A stretch of DNA of 64,000 nt. It comes from Vulcanimicrobiota bacterium. GTDB lineage: Bacteria > Vulcanimicrobiota > Vulcanimicrobiia > Vulcanimicrobiales > Vulcanimicrobiaceae. Each line of letters begins with the position of its first letter. Within the stretch, counting starts at the first letter, position 1. A model generated the notes under the pieces. It had not been told where the DNA came from, ran no database searches, and saw nothing but the letters and a program-made list of their open reading frames with translations. The stretch is taken from positions 320,001 through 384,000 of the forward strand of contig OY968762.1 of assembly GCA_963695225.1 (NCBI GenBank), read 5' to 3'. Positions 10,835-20,075 of this stretch are shown piece after piece. The position numbers were made by a program, and so were the translations under genes.

Positions 10835-11952
10835 CGCGCGAACTCCGCGAGCAGCTCGAGGGCGCGCCCGGCCGTGGCCGTGTCCTCGTTGCGATCGATC
10901 TGGTCGAGCAGGTGCGCGGCGATGCCTTGGAACTCGCCGGGTGGGAAGGCCGCCAGCCACGCTTCGCGCGTCTGCGGCCGCGCCTCGATCGCGCGTTCGA
11001 AGGCGATGAAGAAGAAGCGCGCGCCAAGTTCGGCTTCGAGGGCGGCGAGCCGCTCTGCGGCGGCCGGCGTGCACAAGCCTCGGACGTGGATGCGCGCGAG
11101 CGTCCGCTCCGGCGCTTCGAGCGCGCGCAGGTCGCCCGCGAGGCGATCGACCGAGGCTTCATCCGAGATCTCGTGCGTGCGTTCGATCCAGCGGAGCTCC
11201 CCGACCGGGATGCGCTCGATCGACGGCCGCGCGCCGCGTGCGGCGATCGTCACGATCGAGACCGTTCCGCAATCGCGATCGGCGAAGCTGGACTGTTCCG
11301 GCGTCCCGCAGTAGGCGATCTGCGCGGCGCCGTCGTCGTAGCTCTGGGCGCTGTGCCAGTGGCCGAGCGCGAGGTAATCGAGGCGCCCGCGGGAGGCCGC
11401 GTCCAGGGGAATCGGAAACGAGCCGCGCTGCTCGCCTTCCGATGTCTCGATCGTGCCGGGGATCTGCAGCTCGCCGTGCGCGAGGCCGACGCGGATCGCT
11501 TCCGGCGCCGTGTCGTGGCCGGCATACCATGCGGTCGGGTCCTCGGTGCTGTACTTCTTCAGGCAGGGAGATGCGAGCAGGACGCCGCCGCCGGGGAGGT
11601 CGTAGGCGCGCGGCTCGTGGATCGTCACGACGTTCGCTCCGTCCAGCGTCTGCCAGGCCGCGCCGGCGTACGGTCCGTCGAGCCCGCCCGGATCGTGATT
11701 GCCGGGGAGGATGTAGACCGGCATCTTCGCGCGCCGCAGCGCGCCCGCTACTTGCCCGATCTCGGCGGCGTGCGGCGTGCGCTCTTCGAACTGATCCCCG
11801 GCGACGAGGATGAAGTCGACCTGCTGCTGGTTGGCGATGTCGATGATCCGCTCGACGGTCCTCCGCCGCGCCTCGCGCACGGCGCCGGCCTTGTCGCCGG
11901 CTTGCAAGCACTTCATCCCGATTTGCCAGTCCGCGGTATGCAAGAACTTCAG
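10831..11952 (-). CDS. SbcD/Mre11/YhaO-like metallophosphoesterase nuclease; probable CTG start
   Basis: FLHTADWQIG, VAGDQFE, PGNHD, LAHG and ALGHWH motifs; GGAGG 7 nt before CTG. Confidence 0.9.
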   Translation of the reverse strand: MKFLHTADWQIGMKCLQAGDKAGAVREARRRTVERIIDIANQQQVDFILVAGDQFEERTPHAAEIGQVAGALRRAKMPVYILPGNHDPGGLDGPYAGAAWQTLDGANVVTIHEPRAYDLPGGGVLLASPCLKKYSTEDPTAWYAGHDTAPEAIRVGLAHGELQIPGTIETSEGEQRGSFPIPLDAASRGRLDYLALGHWHSAQSYDDGAAQIAYCGTPEQSSFADRDCGTVSIVTIAARGARPSIERIPVGELRWIERTHEISDEASVDRLAGDLRALEAPERTLARIHVRGLCTPAAAERLAALEAELGARFFFIAFERAIEARPQTREAWLAAFPPGEFQGIAAHLLDQIDRNEDTATAGRALELLAEFAR

Positions 11953-12145
11953 GGGTGATCCTCCGTTGCCGACGCATGCACTGTTCCCGGGCTCTATATC
12001 GTGGCCGCGGGCGTGCCGTGCATCACCGTACGCCACGCGCGCGTCGCACGGTTGACGTACGCATACGATACGTTATCGGCGGCAGCGTACGCCGTGTCGA
12101 GGACTTAGGCGAGACAAAATTTTGTGCGCGATGTAGTGCGTAGTG
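11339..12145. repeat. Direct repeat copy 1 (~800 bp: 5' part and upstream region of the SbcD-like gene)
   Basis: Near-identical to 21328-22133 in the coding part; similarity fades and ends at a shared tgtagtgcgtagtg. Confidence 0.9.
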
Positions 12146-12436
12146 TAAGTGAACTTGCGGTCCACGCTGTCGGCCCTTCGCGAAGTCTACCGGGCCGTCG
12201 CGGCCATCACAAAGCTAGGAGCAGTCTAGCGCTCAAGCCATTTCCGGGTGTTGCTAAAGGACCCCAACCCGAGCGCCGATGCAAGAGCGCAGATGCAGGT
12301 ACGCCGATGAGATCCACGCGAGCGCGCGGTCGCCATCATGGGTTCCCTGGCCCGCAAGACGTTGTCTCTTCTCGCGCTTCGTATCTCCGTGTCTCCAGTC
12401 TACTAAAGCCAAACTCCTCCCGATAACGAGCACTTT

Positions 12437-13702
12437 ATGAAACCAGGACTGCGATTCGCCGACGCGCTGAGATGGGCGTGTTTCAGCGCGCTTGTCGCCA
12501 TGCTCGCGACCCTTGGCGCTGCCGTCGATGTTTCTGCGGAGGACTCTCTTGAGGCGGCCTATTCAGCGATCCAACCCTCCCTTGTACTAATTGGCTCCTT
12601 TAAGGGAAGGACCTTACTCGACACTGGATCTGGCTTCGTTGTTGGTAATCGCAACGGCCACGCGTTGATCATAACAAATCGCCATGTCGTTGCCAGCGGC
12701 GACAACTACGTCGCCATTCGCCAATACCCAACGACAATCTCCGCTACGCTTCACCTCGTGAGAGTGGGCACAGCTGACGATGTCGCGCTACTAGAAGCGA
12801 GCAGCGGTTCGATACCGCCGGTCTCCTTCCTGAACGGCTTGCCAACGCTCGGTCATCGCATCGCCGTCGCAGGTTATCCGCGCACGCAGTTAACCTTTGC
12901 GCAACTCGGCTTGGGGTTGACGCCGTCTATCCATGCCGGCACGGTGAACGCCTTACCGGCTAATGGGTATTACGTTCAATATGATGCTCAGACTGAGCCT
13001 GGAAACAGCGGCGGTCCTCTTTTCGATGCTAATACCGGTGCCGTCTTCGGAATTGTCGTTGCAAAGGTAAAGGGGGCAAACGAGAGCAATATCGCGATCG
13101 CGTTCCCGAGGCTTGCGAAGTTCCTCAGCAACGCAGGTGTTGGGCTCCGAACACGGCCGGACTCAGATGCAACTGCAGCAGTCCCGTCGCCGACGCCGAT
13201 TCCGACGCCGGTACCGACTCCAGCGATCGACGTGAGCGCATGCCGGTCCGCACTCTCTGATTTCTATACGGCAAGTACGGCGCTGAACGATGCCTTTAAT
13301 CGCTACATTAGAGCACAGCAGAGCGCAAGCTCATCGGCTCAGGTGGCAACCACTCGCGTCGCGATGAGTGTGGCGCAGATCGCAGCTGCCTACGAGCTTC
13401 GGGCGATCCGATCTGTGATCGACGCCGAAGAGCCAAAGTTCATCGGGCCGGAATCGTCGATCGAACAAAGCGGAGCACTCGAGACAGCGCGCTTGACGAG
13501 TCGCATAATTAACCACATACATATGCGCGATGGATACGCCCTAAACTGGTCTCAAGCACGATACAGTCTATTTGGGAACATTGCGAATGGCGGCTCCGGT
13601 TTCCAGCTCGATCAAACACCGCTAAACGAAAGCAATTTTCTGACAGGACAGATCGACAGCGACTTTTCCGAACTACGGCTAGCTCGGCCCTGTCAGCAGT
13701 AG
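12437..13702 (+). CDS. Secreted trypsin-like (S1) serine protease with Pro/Thr linker and unknown helical C-terminal domain
   Basis: Signal peptide; GSGF, TNRHVV, DDVALL and GNSGGPL catalytic motifs; PSPTPIPTPVPTP linker. Confidence 0.85.
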   Translation: MKPGLRFADALRWACFSALVAMLATLGAAVDVSAEDSLEAAYSAIQPSLVLIGSFKGRTLLDTGSGFVVGNRNGHALIITNRHVVASGDNYVAIRQYPTTISATLHLVRVGTADDVALLEASSGSIPPVSFLNGLPTLGHRIAVAGYPRTQLTFAQLGLGLTPSIHAGTVNALPANGYYVQYDAQTEPGNSGGPLFDANTGAVFGIVVAKVKGANESNIAIAFPRLAKFLSNAGVGLRTRPDSDATAAVPSPTPIPTPVPTPAIDVSACRSALSDFYTASTALNDAFNRYIRAQQSASSSAQVATTRVAMSVAQIAAAYELRAIRSVIDAEEPKFIGPESSIEQSGALETARLTSRIINHIHMRDGYALNWSQARYSLFGNIANGGSGFQLDQTPLNESNFLTGQIDSDFSELRLARPCQQ

Positions 13703-14103
13703 GTGTCAACGGCAGCGACTGAAGACGGCACGTTGCTTTAGTGTTTCGCAATGGACAATGCGTAACGACTTCGTGCTCGTGGAGGGCACCCCGATTCTTA
13801 CGCCAGCGGGACCACAATTTCGAGCCGCCTAAACGGCTCGTTCTACGGAGGTCCCCATGGCCCGCAAACGACACTCCCCCGAGTCGATCGCGAAGGTCCT
13901 ACGTCAAGCCGAGTCCGGCGTTCCGATCGGCGAACTCGCGCGCAAGACCGGAGTCCACGAGAACACGGTCCATCCTCGGCGGGCAGCTAAAATCGCACAC
14001 CTGGGGGCACTTCAAAACCGCACACTACCCGGTGGGCAGTTCAAAATCGCACACCTGATGTAGCCTCGGGCACGCCAAGGGTGGCAGCGCGAACAGCGTT
14101 GCC

Positions 14104-15672
14104 ATGAACGTACTGGACGTGGCCGATCGAGACCGTATTCTGAACCTGCTGCGCAAGCGCTGGAGCATCCGGCACGTCGCGCGCGAAACCGGACACCGGC
14201 ACGAAACGATCCGCCGTTACGGGGTCGAGGCCGGCATCCTGGCGCCAAGGCCGGCAAAAGGTACCACCCCGGCCGAAGTGGCCGCCGACCCAAAACCGCA
14301 CACCGAGCCCGAAGTGCCCACCGGGTCGGCTCCAAAACCGCACACCGAGCCCGAAGTGCCCACCGGGTCGACGCGCAGCAGCGCCGAGCCGTTTCGGGAG
14401 TTCATCGAGGCAGAATTGCGCAAGGGCCGCAACGCCAAGGCGATCTTCCAAGACCTGGTCCTGCATCGCGGTCACACCGGCTCCTACGACGCGGTGAAGC
14501 GGCTGGCTCGCACGTTGCGAAAGCGCGAACCGAAGATCAGTTGCCGCTTCGAAACCGACCCTGGTCAAGAAGCCCAGGTCGATTACGGCGAAGGCGCGCC
14601 TGCGCGCGATCCGCGCACCGGCAAGTATCGCAAACCGCGCCTGTTTGTGATGACGCTTGGCAACAGCCGCCACGCGTTTCGCAAAGTCGTCTGGACCTCG
14701 TCGACGGAGATCTGGTGCCGGCTGCACGAGGAAGCATTCGCGTACTTCGGCGGCGCGACGCACACGATTCGCCTCGACAATCTCAAAGAGGGCGTTCTTA
14801 AGCCCGACGTTTGGGACCCGCAGCTCAATCCGCTCTACGCCAAGCTGCTCGAACATTACGGCGTTGTTCCGCTACCCTGTCGGCCGCACGCTCCCGATCT
14901 CAAGGGCAAAGTTGAATCGGCGGTCGGCTATACGCAAGGCACGGCCCTGAAGGGAAAGCGCTTTGAGAGCATCGAGGACGAGAACGCGCATCTGTTCCAG
15001 TGGAACGAGAACTGCGCGGCAACGCGAATCCACGGCACGACCAAGCGGCAAGTGCGGGCGATGTTCGAAGAGGAGCGGTCGCATCTCTTGCCGCTGCCGG
15101 CCAGGCGCTTTGAGTACTACCGCATCTGCGAGCGGACGGTGCACTTTGACGGCTACATCGAAGTCGACGCTGCCTACTACTCGGCGCCGCCGCGCTACGT
15201 TGGTAGCAAGGTGGTCGTGCACGTCGGCAGGCTGTGGCTGCGCATCGTTGATCGCACGACGCACGAATGCCTGCGCGAGCACACGATCGCGCTGCAGAAA
15301 GGCCAGCGCCGGACGCACGAGGCCGATCGCCCGCGGCAGACGCCGATCAGGGTCGAGAAACTGGCCGCTCGGATCGCCGGAGCGGGGCCCGGCTGCGCGG
15401 CCTTTGCGCAAAAGCTGATCGACACTCGCGGCGCGATCGCTCTGCGCGCGCTCTATGGGATGCTGGACCTGCTGCGCCGCTACGGAGCCGACGACGTCGA
15501 CCAGGCATGTGCGTTTGCGGCACGATCGGGGATCTCGAGCTTTCGGTTCGTTCGAACATATCTCCAGCACCACGCAACGCCGCTGAAACTCAAAGGTGAG
15601 CATCACATCATTCCGGAGATCGCGATCTACACAACGCACTTCGCCACCGTTACGCAAGGAGCAACCCCATGA
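14104..15672 (+). CDS. istA: IS21 transposase IstA
   Basis: N-terminal HTH, RFETDPGQEAQVDYG, IRLDNLK, KGKVESAVGY. Confidence 0.95.
   Translation: MNVLDVADRDRILNLLRKRWSIRHVARETGHRHETIRRYGVEAGILAPRPAKGTTPAEVAADPKPHTEPEVPTGSAPKPHTEPEVPTGSTRSSAEPFREFIEAELRKGRNAKAIFQDLVLHRGHTGSYDAVKRLARTLRKREPKISCRFETDPGQEAQVDYGEGAPARDPRTGKYRKPRLFVMTLGNSRHAFRKVVWTSSTEIWCRLHEEAFAYFGGATHTIRLDNLKEGVLKPDVWDPQLNPLYAKLLEHYGVVPLPCRPHAPDLKGKVESAVGYTQGTALKGKRFESIEDENAHLFQWNENCAATRIHGTTKRQVRAMFEEERSHLLPLPARRFEYYRICERTVHFDGYIEVDAAYYSAPPRYVGSKVVVHVGRLWLRIVDRTTHECLREHTIALQKGQRRTHEADRPRQTPIRVEKLAARIAGAGPGCAAFAQKLIDTRGAIALRALYGMLDLLRRYGADDVDQACAFAARSGISSFRFVRTYLQHHATPLKLKGEHHIIPEIAIYTTHFATVTQGATP
14290..14370 (+). repeat. 42-bp-period tandem repeat inside istA (PKPHTEPEVPTGS x2)
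   Basis: ccaaaaccgcacaccgagcccgaagtgcccaccgggtcg at 14290 and 14332. Confidence 0.95.
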
Positions 15673-16433
15673 CCAACGACGAACTCGACCGCGCTCTGCG
15701 GCAACTGCGCATGAGCGGCATGGCCGACGCCGTTCCGATCCGAACGCAGCAGGCCCGTGCTGAGAACCTCGGCCCGCTCGATTTCATCAGCTTACTCGTG
15801 CACGATGAGCTGCAGCGGCGGCGGGATCGACTCATCGAGCGCCGCGTCAAGGCCGCCGGCTTTCGCGACCAGAGAACGCTCGACACGTTCGACTGGAAAT
15901 TCAACACGCTCGATCGCGCGCTCATCTTCGAACTGGCCAACGGGCGCTTTATCGAACAACACGAGGACGTTCTGTTACTCGGCAACGCCGGCGTTGGGAA
16001 AAGCCATATCGCGCAGGCGATCGGCATGGCCGCTATTCATGCTGGTTTCCGCGTATTGTACCGCGAGGCGCACGCGCTCTTCGAAGACTTCCTTCTCGCT
16101 GGCGCGACCGGCGAGCGCGGCACCGCGATCGCGACCTTTAGCGAGATACCCTTGCTCATCATCGACGACTTGGGGATGCGCAAACTCCCCGCCAACGCAG
16201 CCGAGGATTTGCTCGAAATCGTCATGCGACGCTACGAGCGAGCATCGACGATTCTGACCTCGAACCGACCGCTCGACGATTGGCCTAAGCTCTTCGGCGA
16301 CACGCCCGCCGTTGCGGCCTTTCTCGACCGGCTAATGCATCATTCGCATCTGATCGAGATTCGCGGCAAGAGTTATCGGCTCCACGAGCACAGCATCGCG
16401 GCCCGCCACCGGAAGGCAAAGGCGAGCGCGTAG
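15669..16433 (+). CDS. istB: IS21 helper ATPase IstB
   Basis: GNAGVGKSH, LLIIDDLG, TILTSNRP, LDRLMHH..GKSYR; overlaps the istA stop. Confidence 0.95.
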   Translation: MTNDELDRALRQLRMSGMADAVPIRTQQARAENLGPLDFISLLVHDELQRRRDRLIERRVKAAGFRDQRTLDTFDWKFNTLDRALIFELANGRFIEQHEDVLLLGNAGVGKSHIAQAIGMAAIHAGFRVLYREAHALFEDFLLAGATGERGTAIATFSEIPLLIIDDLGMRKLPANAAEDLLEIVMRRYERASTILTSNRPLDDWPKLFGDTPAVAAFLDRLMHHSHLIEIRGKSYRLHEHSIAARHRKAKASA

Positions 16434-16727
16434 CCAACGATTGCGACAAACATCACTCAGCCCGAGGCGTGCGGTTTTCAACTGCCCACGGGTGTGCGGT
16501 TTTGAGCTGCCCCCTGAGGCGGTCCATCTCTGGAAGAAGAAATACGGGACGCTCGGCACGCCCGAGCGTCGCGAGATGAACGAGCTGCGTGACGAGAACA
16601 CGCGACTCAAGCGTCTGGTAGCCGATCTCACCCTCGACAAGCTGATGCTCCAGGATGTGCTCTCAAGGAAGCTCTGAAGCCGGCCAAGCAGCGCGTCCTA
16701 GCCGGCGAACTCCAAGCAGAGTACGGC

Positions 16728-17543
16728 GTGAGCCAACGGCACGTCTGCGAAGCGCTGCGGTTCAATCGGAAATCAATCCAGTACAAGCCGAAGACCAGCG
16801 CCGTCAAAGAAGTGCTGCGCGGCCGCATCAAAGAGCTAGCGCAGGCGCGCGTGCGATATGGGTATCGACGGATCCACGTGTTGCTTCGCCGCGAGGGTTG
16901 GAAGGTCAATCCAAAGCGCATTGCTCGGCTATACCGCCAAGAAGGCCTGAGTTTGCGGGCAAAGGGTCCGAAGCGACGTAGCCGGTCCGCGGTTCAGCGC
17001 GTTCGAATTGCCGCGACGCAGGCGAACCATGTGTGGAGCATGGACTTCATGCATGATGGGCTGATGGGTGAAGATCGTAAGACGTTCCGCCTGCTGACGA
17101 TCGTCGACATTTTCACGCGCGAATGCCTTGCGCCCGAAGTCGCGAAGGGCTTCAGCGCTCGAGATGTCGTCGGTGTTCTAACACGGCTTGTCAGCCGGCG
17201 AGGGGCGCCGATCGCCATCCGCTGCGATCAAGGCACGGAGTTCACGGCGGAAGCGCTCGACCAACGGGCGTACAATAACCGCATCGAGCTCGACTTCTCA
17301 CGTCCTGGAAAGCCAACCGACAACGCCTTCGCCGAGGCGTTCAACGCGAGTGTCCGCAAAGAGTTGCTCAACACGTCCTGGTTTGATACGTTAGAAACGG
17401 CCCGTCGAGCGGCGCGGTCGTGGCGACGAGAATACAACGAGGTTCGCCCACACCGGTCGCTGGCCAACGAAACGCCGCAAGCCTTTGCCCTATCGGAAAA
17501 GCGGCGAAATGAACCCCAAGAGCCACAAAGCCCGTTGGCGTAA
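16728..17543 (+). CDS. IS3 orfB, DDE integrase-core transposase part
   Basis: RYGYRRI, WSMDFMHD, IRCDQGTEF, PGKPTDNAFAEAFN, YNEVRPHRSL. Confidence 0.9.
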   Translation: MSQRHVCEALRFNRKSIQYKPKTSAVKEVLRGRIKELAQARVRYGYRRIHVLLRREGWKVNPKRIARLYRQEGLSLRAKGPKRRSRSAVQRVRIAATQANHVWSMDFMHDGLMGEDRKTFRLLTIVDIFTRECLAPEVAKGFSARDVVGVLTRLVSRRGAPIAIRCDQGTEFTAEALDQRAYNNRIELDFSRPGKPTDNAFAEAFNASVRKELLNTSWFDTLETARRAARSWRREYNEVRPHRSLANETPQAFALSEKRRNEPQEPQSPLA

Positions 17544-17570
17544 CGAATGGGGCACCTCCACATATGCGAT

Positions 17571-20075
17571 CTATCCCTGCAGTTGCTGTCTTTTTGCGTC
17601 TAAGAACTCAAGCGTACTTTCAAACTCCAACCACTGCGCTGCATGTTCCAGCTCGCGAATCCCATGCCTACCGCAAATATACTTCGTACACGCAACTAGA
17701 TGCGCATAGACCCCCATGTTCTCCGCTTCAGCCTGCATTTGCGACAGTAAGCAATCCAAGAGGCGCTCCTCGCCACGCCTCCAGTGAACTAGGGCTACAG
17801 CCTGTAATGCGAAGAGCCGGCCAGCTCTATATCCAGCCCTATCCTGGACTTGCAACGCTCGGGCCGCTGTAGCAAGAGCATCGGAAATACGGTCCAGCAT
17901 CAACTCGGAAATCGCCATGGCCGCCAATGCTTTGCCTGCCTCAATAGGTGCGCCTACAGCTTCATTAGCTTGAACAGCAGATAGCGCCAAATCAAGTGCT
18001 TCCTGCGGCGCACGCCAACAGAGTGTTTCGACTCTATTGGTAAGCGCCTTCGCGATCATCGCCTCACAACTCGCAGCCTCCGCCGTATCAAGAGCGCTGC
18101 CATAGCATCCTAAGGCCGCCTCGTGAAGATGATTAAAGCGCCGATTATGACCTTTGAAGCGCCAGCACTCCGCAACCCAAATAGAGTCATCGCGCCGTTC
18201 TCGCAGTGCTTCATCGAAGATAGCATCCGCCTCCCGAAACCTGCCGCGGATCATCTCGATGTCGCCTAGCTGCCTGCGCGCTGCACAACGATTGCTAGCC
18301 CCAAGTGCGCCGTTGGCGGCGATATTCGCGATGTCCACATAGACCGCAGCTGCAGCGCCGTAATTCCCGAGAAGATGCGCGGTATGAGCGCTAAGGTATC
18401 TGTAAAGCGGCCGCCAATCCTGTAGACGATCTTCAAATTCGGCGAGCCTCGCGTAAGACCGCGACGCTTCCTCGAGCCGGCCCTCCTTGCGAAAGCAGTA
18501 TGCTTGTAACAATAGCAGTCGCAAATCGATTTTTGAGGGGCCGACGGCGACCGAACCGCTGAACCTGCCCGCCAGATAGCTTTCAAGGACGCCGGCGACC
18601 CATATCCATCGGCCCGCCTCGATGCCGTCGAGAAGCGTTTCGACCACTGGTTCCCAGCGCGCCCTTTGATCGTCTGCGGCATGGAGTGGAAATCGCCGTA
18701 GAAGGCTCATGTAGGCCTCGGTAAGCCACATTTGTCTCTGAGCGTCGTTACCATGTTCCCGGGATTCCATCAGCTGCTCTTGGAGCGAGCGAACGACGCC
18801 GGCTAGAATAACAGACATCGGCCTAGCTGCCAGATGCATGGCAAACGTACTCTGCATTGCGTACAAGCCGAGTTGTGCGTCAACGACATCGCTATATGAT
18901 ATCGCACAGAATTCATCAAAAAGAGATAACGGCACAGGAAGATTCAAATTACGAACAATTGCCGCGAACAGCTCGCTGTCGAACTTGACTACGAGCGCTA
19001 TTGCGCGAGCAGCGTGACGCATTCCTTGGTCCAGATGACTCAAGAAACGGTCGATCACATCGCCCTGATGCAGAGCAAAGTCCGCGGCCTTGACCGCGCT
19101 TCCATTAGCCTTCTCGATCAAATAAGTTGAGGCACATAAGTCAAGATAGAGCGGTACCCCGGCAGATACGCTAATGATGGCATCTCGAATGTCCGGTTCG
19201 AGCACTGGAATGCCCGTGAGGTACTGTTCCGCATCGGCGCGTGCCAAGGCGCCCAACAGGTGCTGCTCGAGTACTTCGTCCCATTCCGGGTTCCATTCGC
19301 TCCAGCGGATAAATTCACGTGAGCCGATTACGAATAGGGAGCGTTCGGATGCCCCAATGAGCTCTTGTACCCAGGCATCGAGCCGTTGCTTCGTGCTGTT
19401 GAATTGTTGCCTCTTGTGAAGGGCCTCAAATGAGTCTAGAAAGAGAACGGCGTGCGCATCGGTTAGGAGCAAACCGCGTGCGATGTCATCGGCAAGATAA
19501 AACGGAACCTTCATTACTAGATCCTCTTCAGAGAGCAAGTCTATGGTCTCAAACTCTTCTCTTAGCGAGGTGAGATGTTGTCGGACAAACGCATTTGCGC
19601 GCCCAGCAAGTTTGCGGAATAGTTTGAAGACGGGAATCACGCCTACGGCCTCAGCAGCAACGTCGATGGCGTCTAAGAGAAGGCTGTTCTCGCCGAGAAG
19701 TGACTTGTTCAGGTTTCGAAGCTCCTCTCCAGATAGCTGAAGCGCGCGCGCAACAGCGTACTCGAAGCGGTAGCACGGAATGCCTAACTGACGGCGAATC
19801 TCCAGAAGTAGGTCGATAGGGCTCCTGAGGAGCGGATTCTCGCAGTCCACGGACGCAAGACGGACGCCATGACGAGGGATGTTCTCTTTTAGCTCGTGTA
19901 TTAGCGCTGACTTGCCGATGCCACCAGCGCCGTAAAACGTTAGCACTCTAAGGGAAGCCGTGCCATGTGTTATGGAAGCGAACAGGCGATTGAATGCTGC
20001 TTGCGCAGTCTCTCTGTCGGTAAACCGTTTGGTTGCCGGGTCCTTTAGAAGGCCTTTATACTTGCTTAACGTCAT
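17571..20075 (-). CDS. STAND/NLR-like P-loop NTPase with C-terminal TPR-like repeats and no N-terminal effector domain
   Basis: FTDRE, Walker A YGAGGIGKSAL, Walker B VLFLDSFE, VIGSRE, SAGVPLYL (GxP); Ala-rich helical repeats from about residue 510. Confidence 0.8.
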   Translation of the reverse strand: MTLSKYKGLLKDPATKRFTDRETAQAAFNRLFASITHGTASLRVLTFYGAGGIGKSALIHELKENIPRHGVRLASVDCENPLLRSPIDLLLEIRRQLGIPCYRFEYAVARALQLSGEELRNLNKSLLGENSLLLDAIDVAAEAVGVIPVFKLFRKLAGRANAFVRQHLTSLREEFETIDLLSEEDLVMKVPFYLADDIARGLLLTDAHAVLFLDSFEALHKRQQFNSTKQRLDAWVQELIGASERSLFVIGSREFIRWSEWNPEWDEVLEQHLLGALARADAEQYLTGIPVLEPDIRDAIISVSAGVPLYLDLCASTYLIEKANGSAVKAADFALHQGDVIDRFLSHLDQGMRHAARAIALVVKFDSELFAAIVRNLNLPVPLSLFDEFCAISYSDVVDAQLGLYAMQSTFAMHLAARPMSVILAGVVRSLQEQLMESREHGNDAQRQMWLTEAYMSLLRRFPLHAADDQRARWEPVVETLLDGIEAGRWIWVAGVLESYLAGRFSGSVAVGPSKIDLRLLLLQAYCFRKEGRLEEASRSYARLAEFEDRLQDWRPLYRYLSAHTAHLLGNYGAAAAVYVDIANIAANGALGASNRCAARRQLGDIEMIRGRFREADAIFDEALRERRDDSIWVAECWRFKGHNRRFNHLHEAALGCYGSALDTAEAASCEAMIAKALTNRVETLCWRAPQEALDLALSAVQANEAVGAPIEAGKALAAMAISELMLDRISDALATAARALQVQDRAGYRAGRLFALQAVALVHWRRGEERLLDCLLSQMQAEAENMGVYAHLVACTKYICGRHGIRELEHAAQWLEFESTLEFLDAKRQQLQG

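Larger units (their letters stand above)
13974..16519 (+). mobile_element. IS21-family element, 2546 bp, with 8-bp target duplication CGGTCCAT (13966-13973 and 16520-16527)
   Basis: istA-istB pair; end motif GGGCA(G/C)(C/T)T(C)AAAA(T/C)CGCACAC, three copies at left and two inverted at right. Confidence 0.95.
13857..16677 (+). pseudogene. IS3 orfA interrupted by the IS21 element
   Basis: MARKRHSPESIAKVLRQAESG..HENTVH resumes as LWKKKYG..ENTRLKRLVADLTLDK after the insert; removing it restores ENTVHLWKKK. Confidence 0.9.
13780..17560 (+). mobile_element. IS3-family element (~1.23 kb once the nested IS21 is removed)
   Basis: Imperfect terminal IRs TGGAGGGCACCCCGATTCTTACGCCAGCGGG and CCCGTTGGCGTAACGAATGGGGCACCTCCA; orfA plus orfB in the -1 frame; no target duplication seen. 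Confidence 0.85.

Noticed and set aside
10835..11074. N-terminal extensions in the ORF track (SMC-like 11074, crtI 35758, rpsL 50900, TetR 59211, SDR 31043, SRPBCC 57210)
   Set aside because: They overlap neighbouring genes or promoters; family motifs start at the downstream starts used here
13180..13222. ccgac(g/t)cc repeats in the protease gene
   Set aside because: Ordinary Pro/Thr linker coding
12437..13702. Protease as an Avs1-like effector of the STAND protein
   Set aside because: It has a signal peptide, is on the opposite strand and is not coupled to the STAND gene; only shared cassette membership links them
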